DNA of 64,000 nucleotides from the NCBI GenBank assembly GCA_030157865.1, contig JAOATY010000045.1, forward strand, positions 30,584 to 94,583, in the 5' to 3' direction. The translations under genes were made by a program, and so were the position numbers. Below, piece by piece: positions 7,792 to 18,665 of this stretch. The DNA is from Candidatus Nanopelagicales bacterium (lineage in GTDB: Bacteria > Actinomycetota > Actinomycetes > S36-B12 > UBA5976). A model generated the notes under the pieces. It did no database searches. It was given only the letters and a program-made list of their open reading frames with translations, and was not told where the DNA came from. Position 1 is the stretch's first letter, and the number at the start of each line of letters is the position of its first letter.

Positions 7792-9267
7792 ATGGCATTG
7801 GAAAGTTTCCAGCATTTCATTAATGGCAAGTTTGAAGCTGCCAGCGAAACATTTGAAAGTGTTGATCCAGCATCTGGTAAATCTTGGGCTTTGATGCCTA
7901 AGGCGAATGAAGCCGATGTAGATCGAGCAGTTCAAGCTGCACACACAGCGTTTACTTCAGGAATGTGGCCGACCTTAAATGCAAGTGCTCGAGGAAAACT
8001 TCTCTACAAACTTGCTGACTTAATGGCAGCCGATGCTGAGGCACTTGCCGAACTGGAAACAAAAGATACCGGCAAGATTCGTCGCGAAACCAGAGCAGTT
8101 ATTTTGTACATCGCAGAGTATTACCGCTACTTCGCAGGTCTTGCCGACAAACTCCAAGGTGCACATTTCGATGTGGATAAGCCTGACATGGAGGCTTACA
8201 CCAGACGCGAACCAATTGGTGTTGTTGCCGCAATAGTTCCGTGGAACTCTCAAATGTTTTTGTCTGCCGTTAAGTTGGCGCCAGCTCTTGCCGCTGGTTG
8301 CACAGTTGTGTTGAAAGCATCAGAAGATGGTCCGGCTCCCCTACTTAGATTTGCAAAGTTAATCGATCAAGCCGGTTTCCCACCTGGCGTAGTCAACATC
8401 ATTACCGGTATGGGTGACTCGTGTGGAAAAGCATTAACTAGCCACCCATTTGTTGATCGCATTGCATTTACTGGTGGCCCAAGTACTGCAAAGCAGATTG
8501 TGATGAACTCGGCGAATAATCTGGCTGCAGTTTCGTTGGAACTCGGTGGCAAGTCTCCAGTACTGGTCTTTGAAGATGCTGATCTTGAAAGTGCTGCAAA
8601 CGCAATTGTTTCTGGCATCTTTGCAGCCACAGGTCAGAGCTGCGTGGCAGGCTCTCGCCTATTAGTTCATACAAGCGTTCACGCTGAATTAATGGAGATC
8701 TTGGTCGCGAAAGCACAACGTATCAAAATTGGTGACCCACAGAATCTCGAAACTGAAATGGGACCACTTGCAACGAAGCGTCAGCTTGATCACGTGCAAG
8801 ATGTCGTGGATCGAAGTGTTGCTGCCGGTGCAAAACTCCTTACCGGTGGAAAAGTTCCTGCGGGATTTGAAGGGGGTTACTACTACGAGCCGACTATTTT
8901 GGATTGCGCAGAGCCAGTTGTTGCTTGCGTACAAGAAGAAATCTTTGGACCAGTACTTAGCGTCTTGAAGTTTGATTCCGATGCGGAAGCTCTGGCAATA
9001 GCAAATGACAGTGAATACGGATTGGCTTCTGGTGTATTCACGAAGGACATCGGACGAGCTCACAGATTTGTTAAATCGTTGCGCGCTGGAATCGTTTGGG
9101 TGAATACCTATCGAATGATTTCACCAATGGTGCCATTCGGTGGTTACGGTCAGAGCGGTACCGGACGCGAAGCAGGTGCCGAATCTATTTTGGATTACAC
9201 CCGAACCAAGTCGGTTTGGATCAACACCAGCGAAGCACCAATTAGCGACCCATTCATAATGCGCTAA
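7792..9267 (+). CDS. NAD(P)-dependent aldehyde dehydrogenase
   Basis: ELGGKSP and GQSCVAGSR catalytic Glu/Cys motifs. AGGAG Shine-Dalgarno 5 nt upstream. Confidence 0.9.
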   Translation: MALESFQHFINGKFEAASETFESVDPASGKSWALMPKANEADVDRAVQAAHTAFTSGMWPTLNASARGKLLYKLADLMAADAEALAELETKDTGKIRRETRAVILYIAEYYRYFAGLADKLQGAHFDVDKPDMEAYTRREPIGVVAAIVPWNSQMFLSAVKLAPALAAGCTVVLKASEDGPAPLLRFAKLIDQAGFPPGVVNIITGMGDSCGKALTSHPFVDRIAFTGGPSTAKQIVMNSANNLAAVSLELGGKSPVLVFEDADLESAANAIVSGIFAATGQSCVAGSRLLVHTSVHAELMEILVAKAQRIKIGDPQNLETEMGPLATKRQLDHVQDVVDRSVAAGAKLLTGGKVPAGFEGGYYYEPTILDCAEPVVACVQEEIFGPVLSVLKFDSDAEALAIANDSEYGLASGVFTKDIGRAHRFVKSLRAGIVWVNTYRMISPMVPFGGYGQSGTGREAGAESILDYTRTKSVWINTSEAPISDPFIMR

Positions 9268-10160
9268 CTAACTACAGTGAACGCCTTAGTGTCCTCAAAA
9301 ATCACACTTCCGTCTTGAGCAGATAGATCAGAAACCTTTAGCACGTAGTTGCCAGGTGCAAGGTCTCCAAGTTCAATGCTCCAGTCCGAGCGATCTGGGC
9401 AAGCCATTTTTGCTGTTGTTGATCCAGAAGTTACGACATCGCCACTTTGCGTTAGCTCCCATGCAACATTTGCTTCAAATGTGCAGGCTGAGCCAGAAAT
9501 CGAAACTGGATTTTTTACATCGCTGCGATCTAAGAGGTCAATCCAAACGCTTGCCATAACTTCATAACTTGGAGCCGGAGCAAAAGTTTGAGCAAAATCA
9601 ACATGTCCAGCCAGTGATTCAGAAACAGACCCGTCGACAGTAAATTTCACAGCCGTCACGTCTGGATTGTTTTGGGTGAGTGTCCAGACAATTTGATCGA
9701 TTGCGCGCTGCTCTGATTCCGAGCCAAAGGAAATTCGACCAAGAGTTAGATCAACTGTTGCCACTCCATCAGCCACAGTCACGCTATTAACTTTGGTTCC
9801 GTTGTTCCAGAGCGTGCGATGGTCGCCATCAAATGGCGGTAATTGTCCATCAACCAACATGGTCAATGAGTTGAGTCCTTTGTCATCCCCTAATTCGTTC
9901 TCGGCTTTGCTTACTTGCTGCACTTCTCTAATCAGACGAAAGCCTTGAGCCGTCTCACTGACGAAATAAAAGGAGTAATCCTCTAACTCTTCAACTTCTG
10001 GATTTGCTGATTCGCTGATTCCAGTTGCTGGTGAATCTGAAGGTGAGGAACTTTGCGAACTACCTCCACAAGCTACGAGCGTGAAAGCCGCGAAAAGAGC
10101 GATCGCCATTTTGAATGAGAATTTGGCTCCGCGTGGCTCCAGGCTTTTAGTTAAATTCAT
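9264..10160 (-). CDS. Secreted lipoprotein, GerMN/Gmad2-like
   Basis: Lipobox LVAC-G, Ser/Pro-rich linker, beta-rich body. The domain call is from memory only. The stop overlaps the convergent ALDH stop by 4 nt. Confidence 0.55.
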   Translation of the reverse strand: MNLTKSLEPRGAKFSFKMAIALFAAFTLVACGGSSQSSSPSDSPATGISESANPEVEELEDYSFYFVSETAQGFRLIREVQQVSKAENELGDDKGLNSLTMLVDGQLPPFDGDHRTLWNNGTKVNSVTVADGVATVDLTLGRISFGSESEQRAIDQIVWTLTQNNPDVTAVKFTVDGSVSESLAGHVDFAQTFAPAPSYEVMASVWIDLLDRSDVKNPVSISGSACTFEANVAWELTQSGDVVTSGSTTAKMACPDRSDWSIELGDLAPGNYVLKVSDLSAQDGSVIFEDTKAFTVVS

Positions 10161-10257
10161 AGTGGTGTAAGCCTAACTTGCTGGAAATTGGATCTATAAC
10201 TTCTCTGAAATACACTTCTGGGTAGGCGAACCCTCGCCACTGAAGGCTCGGAAAATC

Positions 10258-10869
10258 ATGGCTGAATTAGTTTTTTTCACAGGCACTATGGACTGTGGCA
10301 AATCAACACTTGCCGCCCAAGTGAACTACACCCATGCCAGCCGAGGTCGCCGTGGTCTTGTTTTTACCCGTAATGATCGTGCTGGTTCAGGCGTGCTTTC
10401 TAGTCGCCTGGGCCTTGAGGTCGCTGCGGTTGAAGTGACTGATCAGACTGACTTCTTTGCTTTGGCTCTTGCGGAAAATACTAAGAGCGATCCGTTGGAT
10501 TACTTCATTTGTGATGAAGCGCAGTTTTATACCCGCGACCAAATCAACCAGCTAGCGCACGTTGTTGATGATCTTGACATTGATGTATTTGCATTTGGAA
10601 TTGCAAGTGATTTCCGTACCGAACTATTCCCAGGCTCAGCACGGCTATTTGAACTAGCTGATCGCATTCAAGTTCTACAAGTTGAAGCACTTTGCTGGTG
10701 TGGCCGACGTGGAACCCACAATGCGCGAACCCTTGATGGAGTAATGGTTACTGAGGGCGAGCAAGTCGCGGTCGGCGATACTGCGGGAGATTCAGGCGTA
10801 GTAAGTTACGAAGTTTTGTGTCGTCGTCATCACATGGCAGCAATGCCAATTAATCATTTGGCAGATTAG
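10258..10869 (+). CDS. tdk: Thymidine kinase
   Basis: P-loop GTMDCGKST and C-terminal Zn motif CWCG...C..H. Confidence 0.9.
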   Translation: MAELVFFTGTMDCGKSTLAAQVNYTHASRGRRGLVFTRNDRAGSGVLSSRLGLEVAAVEVTDQTDFFALALAENTKSDPLDYFICDEAQFYTRDQINQLAHVVDDLDIDVFAFGIASDFRTELFPGSARLFELADRIQVLQVEALCWCGRRGTHNARTLDGVMVTEGEQVAVGDTAGDSGVVSYEVLCRRHHMAAMPINHLAD

Positions 10870-11135
10870 TTTTTACGAGAGCGCGAAAGCAGGCCGAGAA
10901 GCCCAATTCCAGCAGCCGCGACAGCGATTACGCGTTCCATTCGAACTTCGCCTTCTTCATCTAGGAAGAATGTGCCGGCTGAACCCAGGCTTTTGGCAGC
11001 TAAATTTGCCGGCTTTGCGAACTTCTGAAGCGAGGCCACATTTGAAGTGATATCAGCGCAAGTGGCTTCAATCTCCGCAGCAATGACATCAGCAGTGCGC
11101 TTTTTGCCCATACGGTGTGTTCCAGCCATGTCCAT
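10866..11135 (-). CDS. Small C-terminally membrane-anchored protein (DUF3618-like)
   Basis: 89 aa. A helical segment AAEIEATCADITSNVASL is followed by a terminal TM helix. Confidence 0.4.
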   Translation of the reverse strand: MDMAGTHRMGKKRTADVIAAEIEATCADITSNVASLQKFAKPANLAAKSLGSAGTFFLDEEGEVRMERVIAVAAAGIGLLGLLSRSRKN

Positions 11136-11198
11136 AGCCTATGAGTGAACCGCAGAATCACGGAATTTCATAAATCTGGCTTGATTTCAAGGCATCCA

Positions 11199-11221
11199 CT
11201 ATTGCGAATCTTTTGCAATAG
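11199..11221. promoter_or_regulatory. Candidate operator palindrome upstream of the metal ABC operon
   Basis: CTATTGC-n9-GCAATAG ends 25 nt before the ATG of the substrate-binding protein, inside a divergent promoter region. Confidence 0.3.
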
Positions 11222-11246
11222 CAAGAATTCGTCATAAGATAATCCC

Positions 11247-12251
11247 ATGGCTAAAAGCAAATATGGCGTTCTCGTCGTGTCCATAATCCTGTCTCTCACG
11301 GCCTGCTCGACAAATTCCAGTGATAGTTCCGCCGGAGGCGACAATCGCCCGCTAATCGCGACCACAGTTTCCCCGATCACCTCAATTGCCGCGTCTATCG
11401 CTGGCGATCGTGCACGTATCGAAGGCATAGTTCCGGAGGGTACAAACAGCCACACTTTTGAGCCTTCGCCTCAGATTGCAAAGTTGCTCAGCGACGCAGA
11501 TCTGATTTTGGTTAACGGGTTAAAGCTCGAGGACCCAACCATTGACTTGGCGAAAAGTAACAAGAAAGATGACACAGAAATAGTTGAGATCGGGACATTA
11601 GTGCTGCCTGAGTCTGAATACATCTTTGACTTTTCTTTCCCCAAAGAAGAAGGCAAGCCAAATCCCCACCTATGGACTGACCCAGGTTTTGCAATCAAAT
11701 ACGCAGGCGTGATTCGCGATGAGCTAAGTAAGCTCGACCCAGAGAATGCCAGTTACTACGAAGAAAACTTCAAGGCTTTTGAACAACAAGCCACCGCGCT
11801 TGGTGAAGCGGTCTCCGCCGATCAGCAAAGTGTTCCTGCTGGAAACCTAAAGCTACTTACCTACCATGATGCGTACGCCTACTTCGCAAAAGAATATGGT
11901 TGGACCATTATTGGCGCAATTCAACCAAATGACTTTGCGGATCCTTCACCATCTGAAGTGGCCGATCTTATTGATCAAGTCAAAGCCGAGAAGGTAACAA
12001 CTATTTTTGGTTCAGAAGTTTTCCCTTCAGCAGTCCTTGCCGAAGTTGGTCGGGCAACTGGAGCGCGATATGAAGATTCATTGCGTGACGACGATCTTCC
12101 CGGAGCTCCAGGCGATGCTGAACATTCATGGTTGGGTTTAATGAAATACAACTACCGCACGATGATTTCAGGTTTGGGTGGAACTCCAACCCAGCTCGAT
12201 GCCATTACGATCCCATTGAATACATCCGATAGTGCGGTGTACCCACAGTGA
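11247..12251 (+). CDS. Metal (Mn/Zn/Fe) ABC transporter substrate-binding lipoprotein, TroA/ZnuA cluster-9 type
   Basis: Lipobox LTAC-S. HTFEPSP, HLWTDP and YHDAYAYF motifs. No His-rich loop. Confidence 0.85.
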   Translation: MAKSKYGVLVVSIILSLTACSTNSSDSSAGGDNRPLIATTVSPITSIAASIAGDRARIEGIVPEGTNSHTFEPSPQIAKLLSDADLILVNGLKLEDPTIDLAKSNKKDDTEIVEIGTLVLPESEYIFDFSFPKEEGKPNPHLWTDPGFAIKYAGVIRDELSKLDPENASYYEENFKAFEQQATALGEAVSADQQSVPAGNLKLLTYHDAYAYFAKEYGWTIIGAIQPNDFADPSPSEVADLIDQVKAEKVTTIFGSEVFPSAVLAEVGRATGARYEDSLRDDDLPGAPGDAEHSWLGLMKYNYRTMISGLGGTPTQLDAITIPLNTSDSAVYPQ

Positions 12252-12264
12252 TTAAGGTTTCAAA

Positions 12265-13050
12265 GTGACAGGCACTGGAGTCGGTCCTGAACTGATCAGG
12301 CTTAATGGCGTAAATGCCAGCTACGACCATCAATTGGTACTTCAGGATGTTTCATTTCACGTCCATGAGGATCAGTTCACCGGAATCGTAGGTCCTTCTG
12401 GTGCTGGCAAAACCACTTTGCTTCGTCTGTTGCTCCAGACGTTAGAACCTGTTGCCGGCACAGTTTGGCGCGAGCCTGGCTTGCGAGTTGGTTATGTTCC
12501 GCAGCTGGAATCCGTGAACTGGAATTTTCCGATAACGGTATTCGAATGTGTCTTAATGTCACGTAAATCAAGTCGACTCCGGCCTTGGGCTAGTCCATCT
12601 GAAAAGGCTCGCGTGTTTGCAGTTCTCGATCGATTAGGTATTGGCGATCTTGCTGAACGTCATATTCGCGAGCTTTCTGGTGGACAGCAGCAACGAATGT
12701 TCCTTGCGCGTGCGCTGCTGCGTCAACCTCAAGTTCTCTTGCTAGATGAACCAACAAGTGGCGTAGACATCTCAACCCGTCACGATATCTTGCACCTACT
12801 TGCTGACCTTCATGAAGATGGCATGGCGATAGTGCTAACCACTCACGACTTAAATGGAATTGCTACACATCTTCCCCACTTAGTGTGCGTAAACAAAAGC
12901 ATTGTCGGCGAAGGAACACCAAGTGACGTAATGACGTCTGAAGTTTTGGAACGAACTTTCGGTGCTCGCATGGAAGTTCTTGAACATCTTGGTGTTCGCC
13001 TAGTTGTCGACGAAGCCCCATCTCCTTATACGCCAGGAACAAGGATCTGA
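12265..13050 (+). CDS. Metal ABC transporter ATP-binding protein
   Basis: Walker A GPSGAGKTT, signature LSGGQQQR, Walker B LLLDEP. Confidence 0.9.
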   Translation: MTGTGVGPELIRLNGVNASYDHQLVLQDVSFHVHEDQFTGIVGPSGAGKTTLLRLLLQTLEPVAGTVWREPGLRVGYVPQLESVNWNFPITVFECVLMSRKSSRLRPWASPSEKARVFAVLDRLGIGDLAERHIRELSGGQQQRMFLARALLRQPQVLLLDEPTSGVDISTRHDILHLLADLHEDGMAIVLTTHDLNGIATHLPHLVCVNKSIVGEGTPSDVMTSEVLERTFGARMEVLEHLGVRLVVDEAPSPYTPGTRI

Positions 13051-13051
13051 G

Positions 13052-13918
13052 ATGGAAACTCTTCTGGAGCCTTTGGGTTATGCCTTCTTTCAAAAGGGAC
13101 TTATTGTTGCCAGCCTCTCTGGTGCAATTCTTGGACTTATTGGCGTCTACATTGTTTTGCGCGGAATGAGTTACATCGGACATGGACTTGCCCACTCGAT
13201 ATTCGGTGGTTTCGCGGCTATGCAATTGTTTGCCGCGAAGTTTTATGCAATAGGTGCTGGACTTTGGGGAATCTTGTCGGCGCTGGCGATCACGAGTGTG
13301 ACTAAGCGCAGCAGAGTCGGAGCCGATGCAGCTATCGGTGTGATCACGATCGCTTCTTTTGCACTTGGTGTGGCGCTCTTCGCAAAGTTTGGTACCAGTG
13401 GGCCGTCATTTGAGAATGCACTTTTTGGAAGCATCCTTGGGATAACAACGGGACAGATTGTTGGTCTCGTTGCCGTCACCGTACTAACCGCTAGTTTTGT
13501 TTTTCTTCGATACCGGGCGCTGCTCTTCAGTACATTCGACCCAGATGTAGCAGCCGTTTCAGGAGTAAATGTTGGTCGCATTGAGGCAGCTCTGATGGTT
13601 GTCTTATCCCTTGCGATCCTGGCGACATTGACTGTTATCGGTGTCACTTTGGTGGCAGCCATGCTGGTAATTCCTGCGGTTATCGCTCGGATGTTGACGG
13701 ATTCATTTGGCCGCATGCTGGCCTACAGCACGCTAATTGGGACCCTGTGCGGACTCGTTGGCATGTACACGAGTTACTACGCTGATGTGCCGTCCGGCAC
13801 GATGATCGTTCTAGTTGGAGCCGCACTATTTATCGTGGTTCTCGCAACAACTGGTGGCAGCGGCCTAAGGCGTTCTGCTGGGCTGGATAGCCACTCTGAA
13901 GATCTGGTGTCTAAGTAG
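13052..13918 (+). CDS. Metal ABC transporter permease
   Basis: Polytopic membrane protein. The ATG at 13052 lies 1 nt after the ATPase stop, whereas the ORF-track start at 13004 overlaps the ATPase. Confidence 0.85.
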   Translation: METLLEPLGYAFFQKGLIVASLSGAILGLIGVYIVLRGMSYIGHGLAHSIFGGFAAMQLFAAKFYAIGAGLWGILSALAITSVTKRSRVGADAAIGVITIASFALGVALFAKFGTSGPSFENALFGSILGITTGQIVGLVAVTVLTASFVFLRYRALLFSTFDPDVAAVSGVNVGRIEAALMVVLSLAILATLTVIGVTLVAAMLVIPAVIARMLTDSFGRMLAYSTLIGTLCGLVGMYTSYYADVPSGTMIVLVGAALFIVVLATTGGSGLRRSAGLDSHSEDLVSK

Positions 13919-13996
13919 CAGTAAGAATCTGGCTATCCCAGTTGCCAGACCCGATTATGAATTTTGGCTAGATTCCTGACAGAATAGAGCCCACGT

Positions 13997-14081
13997 GCGG
14001 GAGTGGCGGAATTGGCAGACGCACCAGATTTAGGATCTGGCGCCTTCGGGTGTGGGGGTTCAAGTCCCCCCTCCCGCACCA
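13997..14081 (+). tRNA. tRNA-Leu (anticodon TAG), CCA encoded
   Basis: Acceptor GCGGGAG/CTCCCGC, anticodon stem CCAGA/TCTGG with loop TTTAGGA, long variable arm, T arm GGGGG-TTCAAGT-CCCCC. Confidence 0.9.
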
Positions 14082-14104
14082 TTATCAAGATTGAGAAGCA
14101 GTAA

Positions 14105-14713
14105 TTAGAACTGCGAAATAACTTCACTTATCTGAATAGCTAAATCATTTAGCGCTTTGCCACGATGGCTAATTGCATCTTTTTCGGTAGCAGACATTTG
14201 CGCAGTTGAAATCTCAAAGCCCTGGGGCACAAAGATTGGGTCATAACCAAATCCATTTTCACCTGTTGGTGCATCTAGTAAGTGCCCAAGCATTTCACCA
14301 ATAGCAATCAACTCTTGTCCGTCTGGGAAAACGGCCACCGCAGCGCAAACAAACTCTGCCCCACGATTTTCAGGCGCCACATCTTTGACTTGCTCAAGTA
14401 CTAATTCAAGATTTGCTTGATCCACATTTTCAGTTGCCCCAGACCAGCGCGCCGAAAGTACTCCTGGGTTTCCATCCAACGCATCAACACAAAGTCCGGA
14501 GTCATCTGCAATTGCAGCCAAGCCTGTGAACTTAGCCAGAGCGCGAGCCTTCAATAAGGCGTTGCCCTCGAAAGTTGATTCAGTTTCTTCTACTTCAGGG
14601 GCACCAGGAAAATCAGCAACCGTGAATAATTCGCAATCAAGATCTAGCTCTTCCAGAATTCGCTTGAGCTCAGTTGCTTTGTGTGAATTTCTCGTTGCTA
14701 TAACAAACTTCAT
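14105..14713 (-). CDS. rdgB: Non-canonical purine NTP pyrophosphatase RdgB/HAM1
   Basis: N-terminus ATRNSHKATE and FGYDPIF motif. Confidence 0.9.
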   Translation of the reverse strand: MKFVIATRNSHKATELKRILEELDLDCELFTVADFPGAPEVEETESTFEGNALLKARALAKFTGLAAIADDSGLCVDALDGNPGVLSARWSGATENVDQANLELVLEQVKDVAPENRGAEFVCAAVAVFPDGQELIAIGEMLGHLLDAPTGENGFGYDPIFVPQGFEISTAQMSATEKDAISHRGKALNDLAIQISEVISQF

Positions 14714-14718
14714 GAAAT

Positions 14719-15462
14719 CTACTTTGCAGGTAACGGCAAAGCTAGTGCTGCTTTTTGCTTAGAAGTCAGCTCAACGCAACCAATGGTTGCAAGATCTAAG
14801 AGTTCATGTAACAAGTTTCGATCAAACGGTTCGCGTTCTGCTGTTCCTTGAACTTCAATGAATGCACCTGAACCAGTCATGACGATATTCATGTCCGTGT
14901 CTGCGCGAACATCATCTTCATAGTGAAGATCCAGACATGGCTTACCTTCAACAATGCCCACTGAAACTGCGGCAACTGAATCCCGCAATACAACCGCGTC
15001 TTTGGCAACGAGTCCAGAAGTTCGAGCCCATTCAATTGCGTCGGCAACTGCAACATAAGCACCTGTAATTGCTGCAGTTCGGGTTCCGCCATCAGCCTGC
15101 AAGACATCGCAGTCAATCATGATTGTGTTTTCGCCAAGTGATGACATGTCTAAAACGGAACGCAAGCTGCGACCGATCAAACGCGAGATTTCGTGTGTGC
15201 GACCACCCAGCTTGCCCTTGACGCTTTCGCGATCGTTACGAGTATGTGTGGCTCGAGGCAACATTGAATACTCGGCCGTTAACCAGCCTTCGCCACTTCC
15301 CTTTTTCCAGCGCGGCACACCTTCGCTGAACGAAACAGCACAAAGCACCTTGGTGGCGCCGAATTCAACTAGAACACTGCCTTCGGCGTGATCTAGCCAT
15401 TGGCGGGTGAAAGAAACATTACGAAGTTGGTCGGCCATTCGGCCATCTGAGCGATTAGTCAC
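14719..15462 (-). CDS. rph: Ribonuclease PH
   Basis: RSDGR start motif. Full-length similarity to RNase PH recognised by eye. Confidence 0.95.
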   Translation of the reverse strand: MTNRSDGRMADQLRNVSFTRQWLDHAEGSVLVEFGATKVLCAVSFSEGVPRWKKGSGEGWLTAEYSMLPRATHTRNDRESVKGKLGGRTHEISRLIGRSLRSVLDMSSLGENTIMIDCDVLQADGGTRTAAITGAYVAVADAIEWARTSGLVAKDAVVLRDSVAAVSVGIVEGKPCLDLHYEDDVRADTDMNIVMTGSGAFIEVQGTAEREPFDRNLLHELLDLATIGCVELTSKQKAALALPLPAK

Positions 15463-15498
15463 GTCTCTGACTCTATTGCATCGCGAAATCCTCTTAGA

Positions 15499-16290
15499 TT
15501 ACGACTTGAGTGAAGTTACTTCCAAAACTTCAGGACCCAAGAATCTTCGAGCTAGATGAGTAAACGAATCACCGGTTGCCAAGAACTCATGTGTTGGGGC
15601 AGGCAAATTTGGGTTTCGCAGTAAATCTTGTTCAACCAAAATTCGATAGACATCTTTTGCGGTTTCTTCTGCGCTAGAAACTAGGGTTACTTTGTCGCCT
15701 GCGATCATTGAGATAACACCAGTGAGCAAGGGGTAGTGAGTGCAACCAAGAACTAAGGTGTCAATGTCTTGACTCAAAACAGGTTGCAAATACTCGCGGG
15801 CAATTTCAGTTAACTCTTTGCCATTAGTGATTCCAGCTTCAACGAATTCCACAAATCTTGGGCAAGCTTGCGACGTAACTTCAATTTGAGGTGCTGCGGC
15901 AAAAGCGTCTGAATAAGCATCGCTAGTGATCGTTGCCTGAGTTCCAATTACACCGATACGACCTGAACGTGTAGCTCCTACTGCGCGACGAACTGCAGGT
16001 TGAATCACTTCAACCACAGGAATTGAGTAGCGCTCGCGAGCATCTCGCAGCATGGCAGCACTGGCTGAATTGCAGGCGATTACGAGCATCTTTACATCGC
16101 GCTCGACTAAGGCATCCAGAACATCTAGAGCAAGTTCTCTGACTTCGGCAATAGGTCTTGGGCCATATGGACCGTGCGCAGTGTCGCCAACATAAATGAC
16201 CGGTTCATTTGGTAACTGATCCAAAATTGCTCGCACTACGGTCAGGCCACCAACGCCTGAATCCATAACACCTATTGGACGATCATTCAC
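15499..16290 (-). CDS. murI: Glutamate racemase
   Basis: [15 protein letters not shown] and GCTHYP catalytic-Cys motifs. Confidence 0.95.
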   Translation of the reverse strand: MNDRPIGVMDSGVGGLTVVRAILDQLPNEPVIYVGDTAHGPYGPRPIAEVRELALDVLDALVERDVKMLVIACNSASAAMLRDARERYSIPVVEVIQPAVRRAVGATRSGRIGVIGTQATITSDAYSDAFAAAPQIEVTSQACPRFVEFVEAGITNGKELTEIAREYLQPVLSQDIDTLVLGCTHYPLLTGVISMIAGDKVTLVSSAEETAKDVYRILVEQDLLRNPNLPAPTHEFLATGDSFTHLARRFLGPEVLEVTSLKS

Positions 16291-16312
16291 AACTTAAGAG
16301 TAATCTGACTAA

Positions 16313-16711
16313 GTGATGAATTTGCGCAATGCACCCGCTTCAATCCTGATTGCTGCTGTGCTTGTTGCGATCGGAGCCATATTCAATTTTGTTATTGGCC
16401 TTCTTTTATCGCTTGCTCCCCAACTTCTGGGAGGCATTGAAGTTCCAACGACGCCAAGTGGCGCTCCAACTCAACTCTTGTTGGTTACTGGGATTGCCTG
16501 CATCGCATTCGGCTTTGTGTTTCTTTGGATAATCAAAGAGCTCTTCAATAAATCCCAATTTGCCATAGTTATGATTTACACGATTTCCGTGATCAACATT
16601 CTTTTTGGGCTATTCCGGCTTCCTTTTGGCTTACTAACAATTTCGTTGAATCTAATTGTGGTTTTCATGATTCGGTCGAACAGCGCAAGAGAGTGGCTAA
16701 ATTCCCACTGA
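16313..16711 (+). CDS. Hypothetical integral membrane protein
   Basis: 132 aa with four hydrophobic helices. No family recognised. Confidence 0.5.
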   Translation: MMNLRNAPASILIAAVLVAIGAIFNFVIGLLLSLAPQLLGGIEVPTTPSGAPTQLLLVTGIACIAFGFVFLWIIKELFNKSQFAIVMIYTISVINILFGLFRLPFGLLTISLNLIVVFMIRSNSAREWLNSH

Positions 16712-16843
16712 CTGTTGCAAAGTATTCGCAACAGTGAATTGCACGCCAGCAATTTCTGGCTGAATAGAGCAAAATTAACTCAACAAGAAGTGTTCAGAAA
16801 TTTGATTTACACTTAGGTATCCACTCTTTTGAAAGCGTTAAAA

Positions 16844-18072
<1,229 letters not shown>

Positions 18073-18075
18073 GCC

Positions 18076-18492
18076 TTAAGTAATTACGATTTCTTCTTCA
18101 GTAATTACGCCTTCAACAATTCGATAAGAACGAATCTCATACGGACCATCTTGGTTTCCGGATTCTCTTGTTGAAATCAAAACGTAGTGAGCGAATGGCT
18201 CTGATGCATAAGACACATCAGTGCGAGATGGATACGCCTCGGTTGCCGTGTGTGAATGATAGATGACTACCGGATCTTCATCGTTGGCATCTAGTTCGCG
18301 ATAAAGCTTTAGTAGATCTGCGGAATCAAATTCATAGAATGTTGGCGACCTAGCCGCATTGACCATTGGAATAAAACGGGTTGGGGCATCAGATCCGGCC
18401 GGCCCGGCAATCACGCCACAGGCCTCATCTGGATGATCCTGTCTGGAATGGGCCACCATGTGGTCAATCAAAGCTTGAGAAATACTCAACAT
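18076..18492 (-). CDS. mec: JAMM/MPN+ metalloprotease Mec
   Basis: DHPDEACGV and HSHTATEAYPSRTD (JAMM H-x-H-x7-S-x2-D). The homologous start is MLSISQ at 18492; the ORF extends to 18564. Confidence 0.8.
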   Translation of the reverse strand: MLSISQALIDHMVAHSRQDHPDEACGVIAGPAGSDAPTRFIPMVNAARSPTFYEFDSADLLKLYRELDANDEDPVVIYHSHTATEAYPSRTDVSYASEPFAHYVLISTRESGNQDGPYEIRSYRIVEGVITEEEIVIT

Positions 18493-18665
18493 ATTCGGAT
18501 ATTTCTCCTTTATTCGCAGGTTTTCCCAATAATAGCGCGTTTTTCTTGCGTGTTCGGGTTGCAACTGGGCTTTAGCAAGAGGAGTGTAAGAGTCATAACA
18601 AGGCTGCTTCGGCAGTTTTAAAATTGAGTTGACTCGGCAGCTCCCAAATAAAGGAGCAACACTTC

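Noticed and set aside
8172-8180. Third TGTGGATAA (DnaA-box consensus) copy
   Set aside because: It lies inside the aldehyde dehydrogenase coding sequence with no partner site. This is consistent with a chance occurrence.
16735-16843. SAM or other sulfur riboswitch upstream of cysO
   Set aside because: Only short hairpins are present (for example GCCAG/CTGGC), with no recognisable SAM-I or SAM-IV core.
18493-18564. 24-codon N-terminal extension of mec
   Set aside because: Homology to the mycobacterial Mec N-terminus begins at MLSISQ (18492). The extension is basic, low-complexity and lies in the shared promoter spacer.
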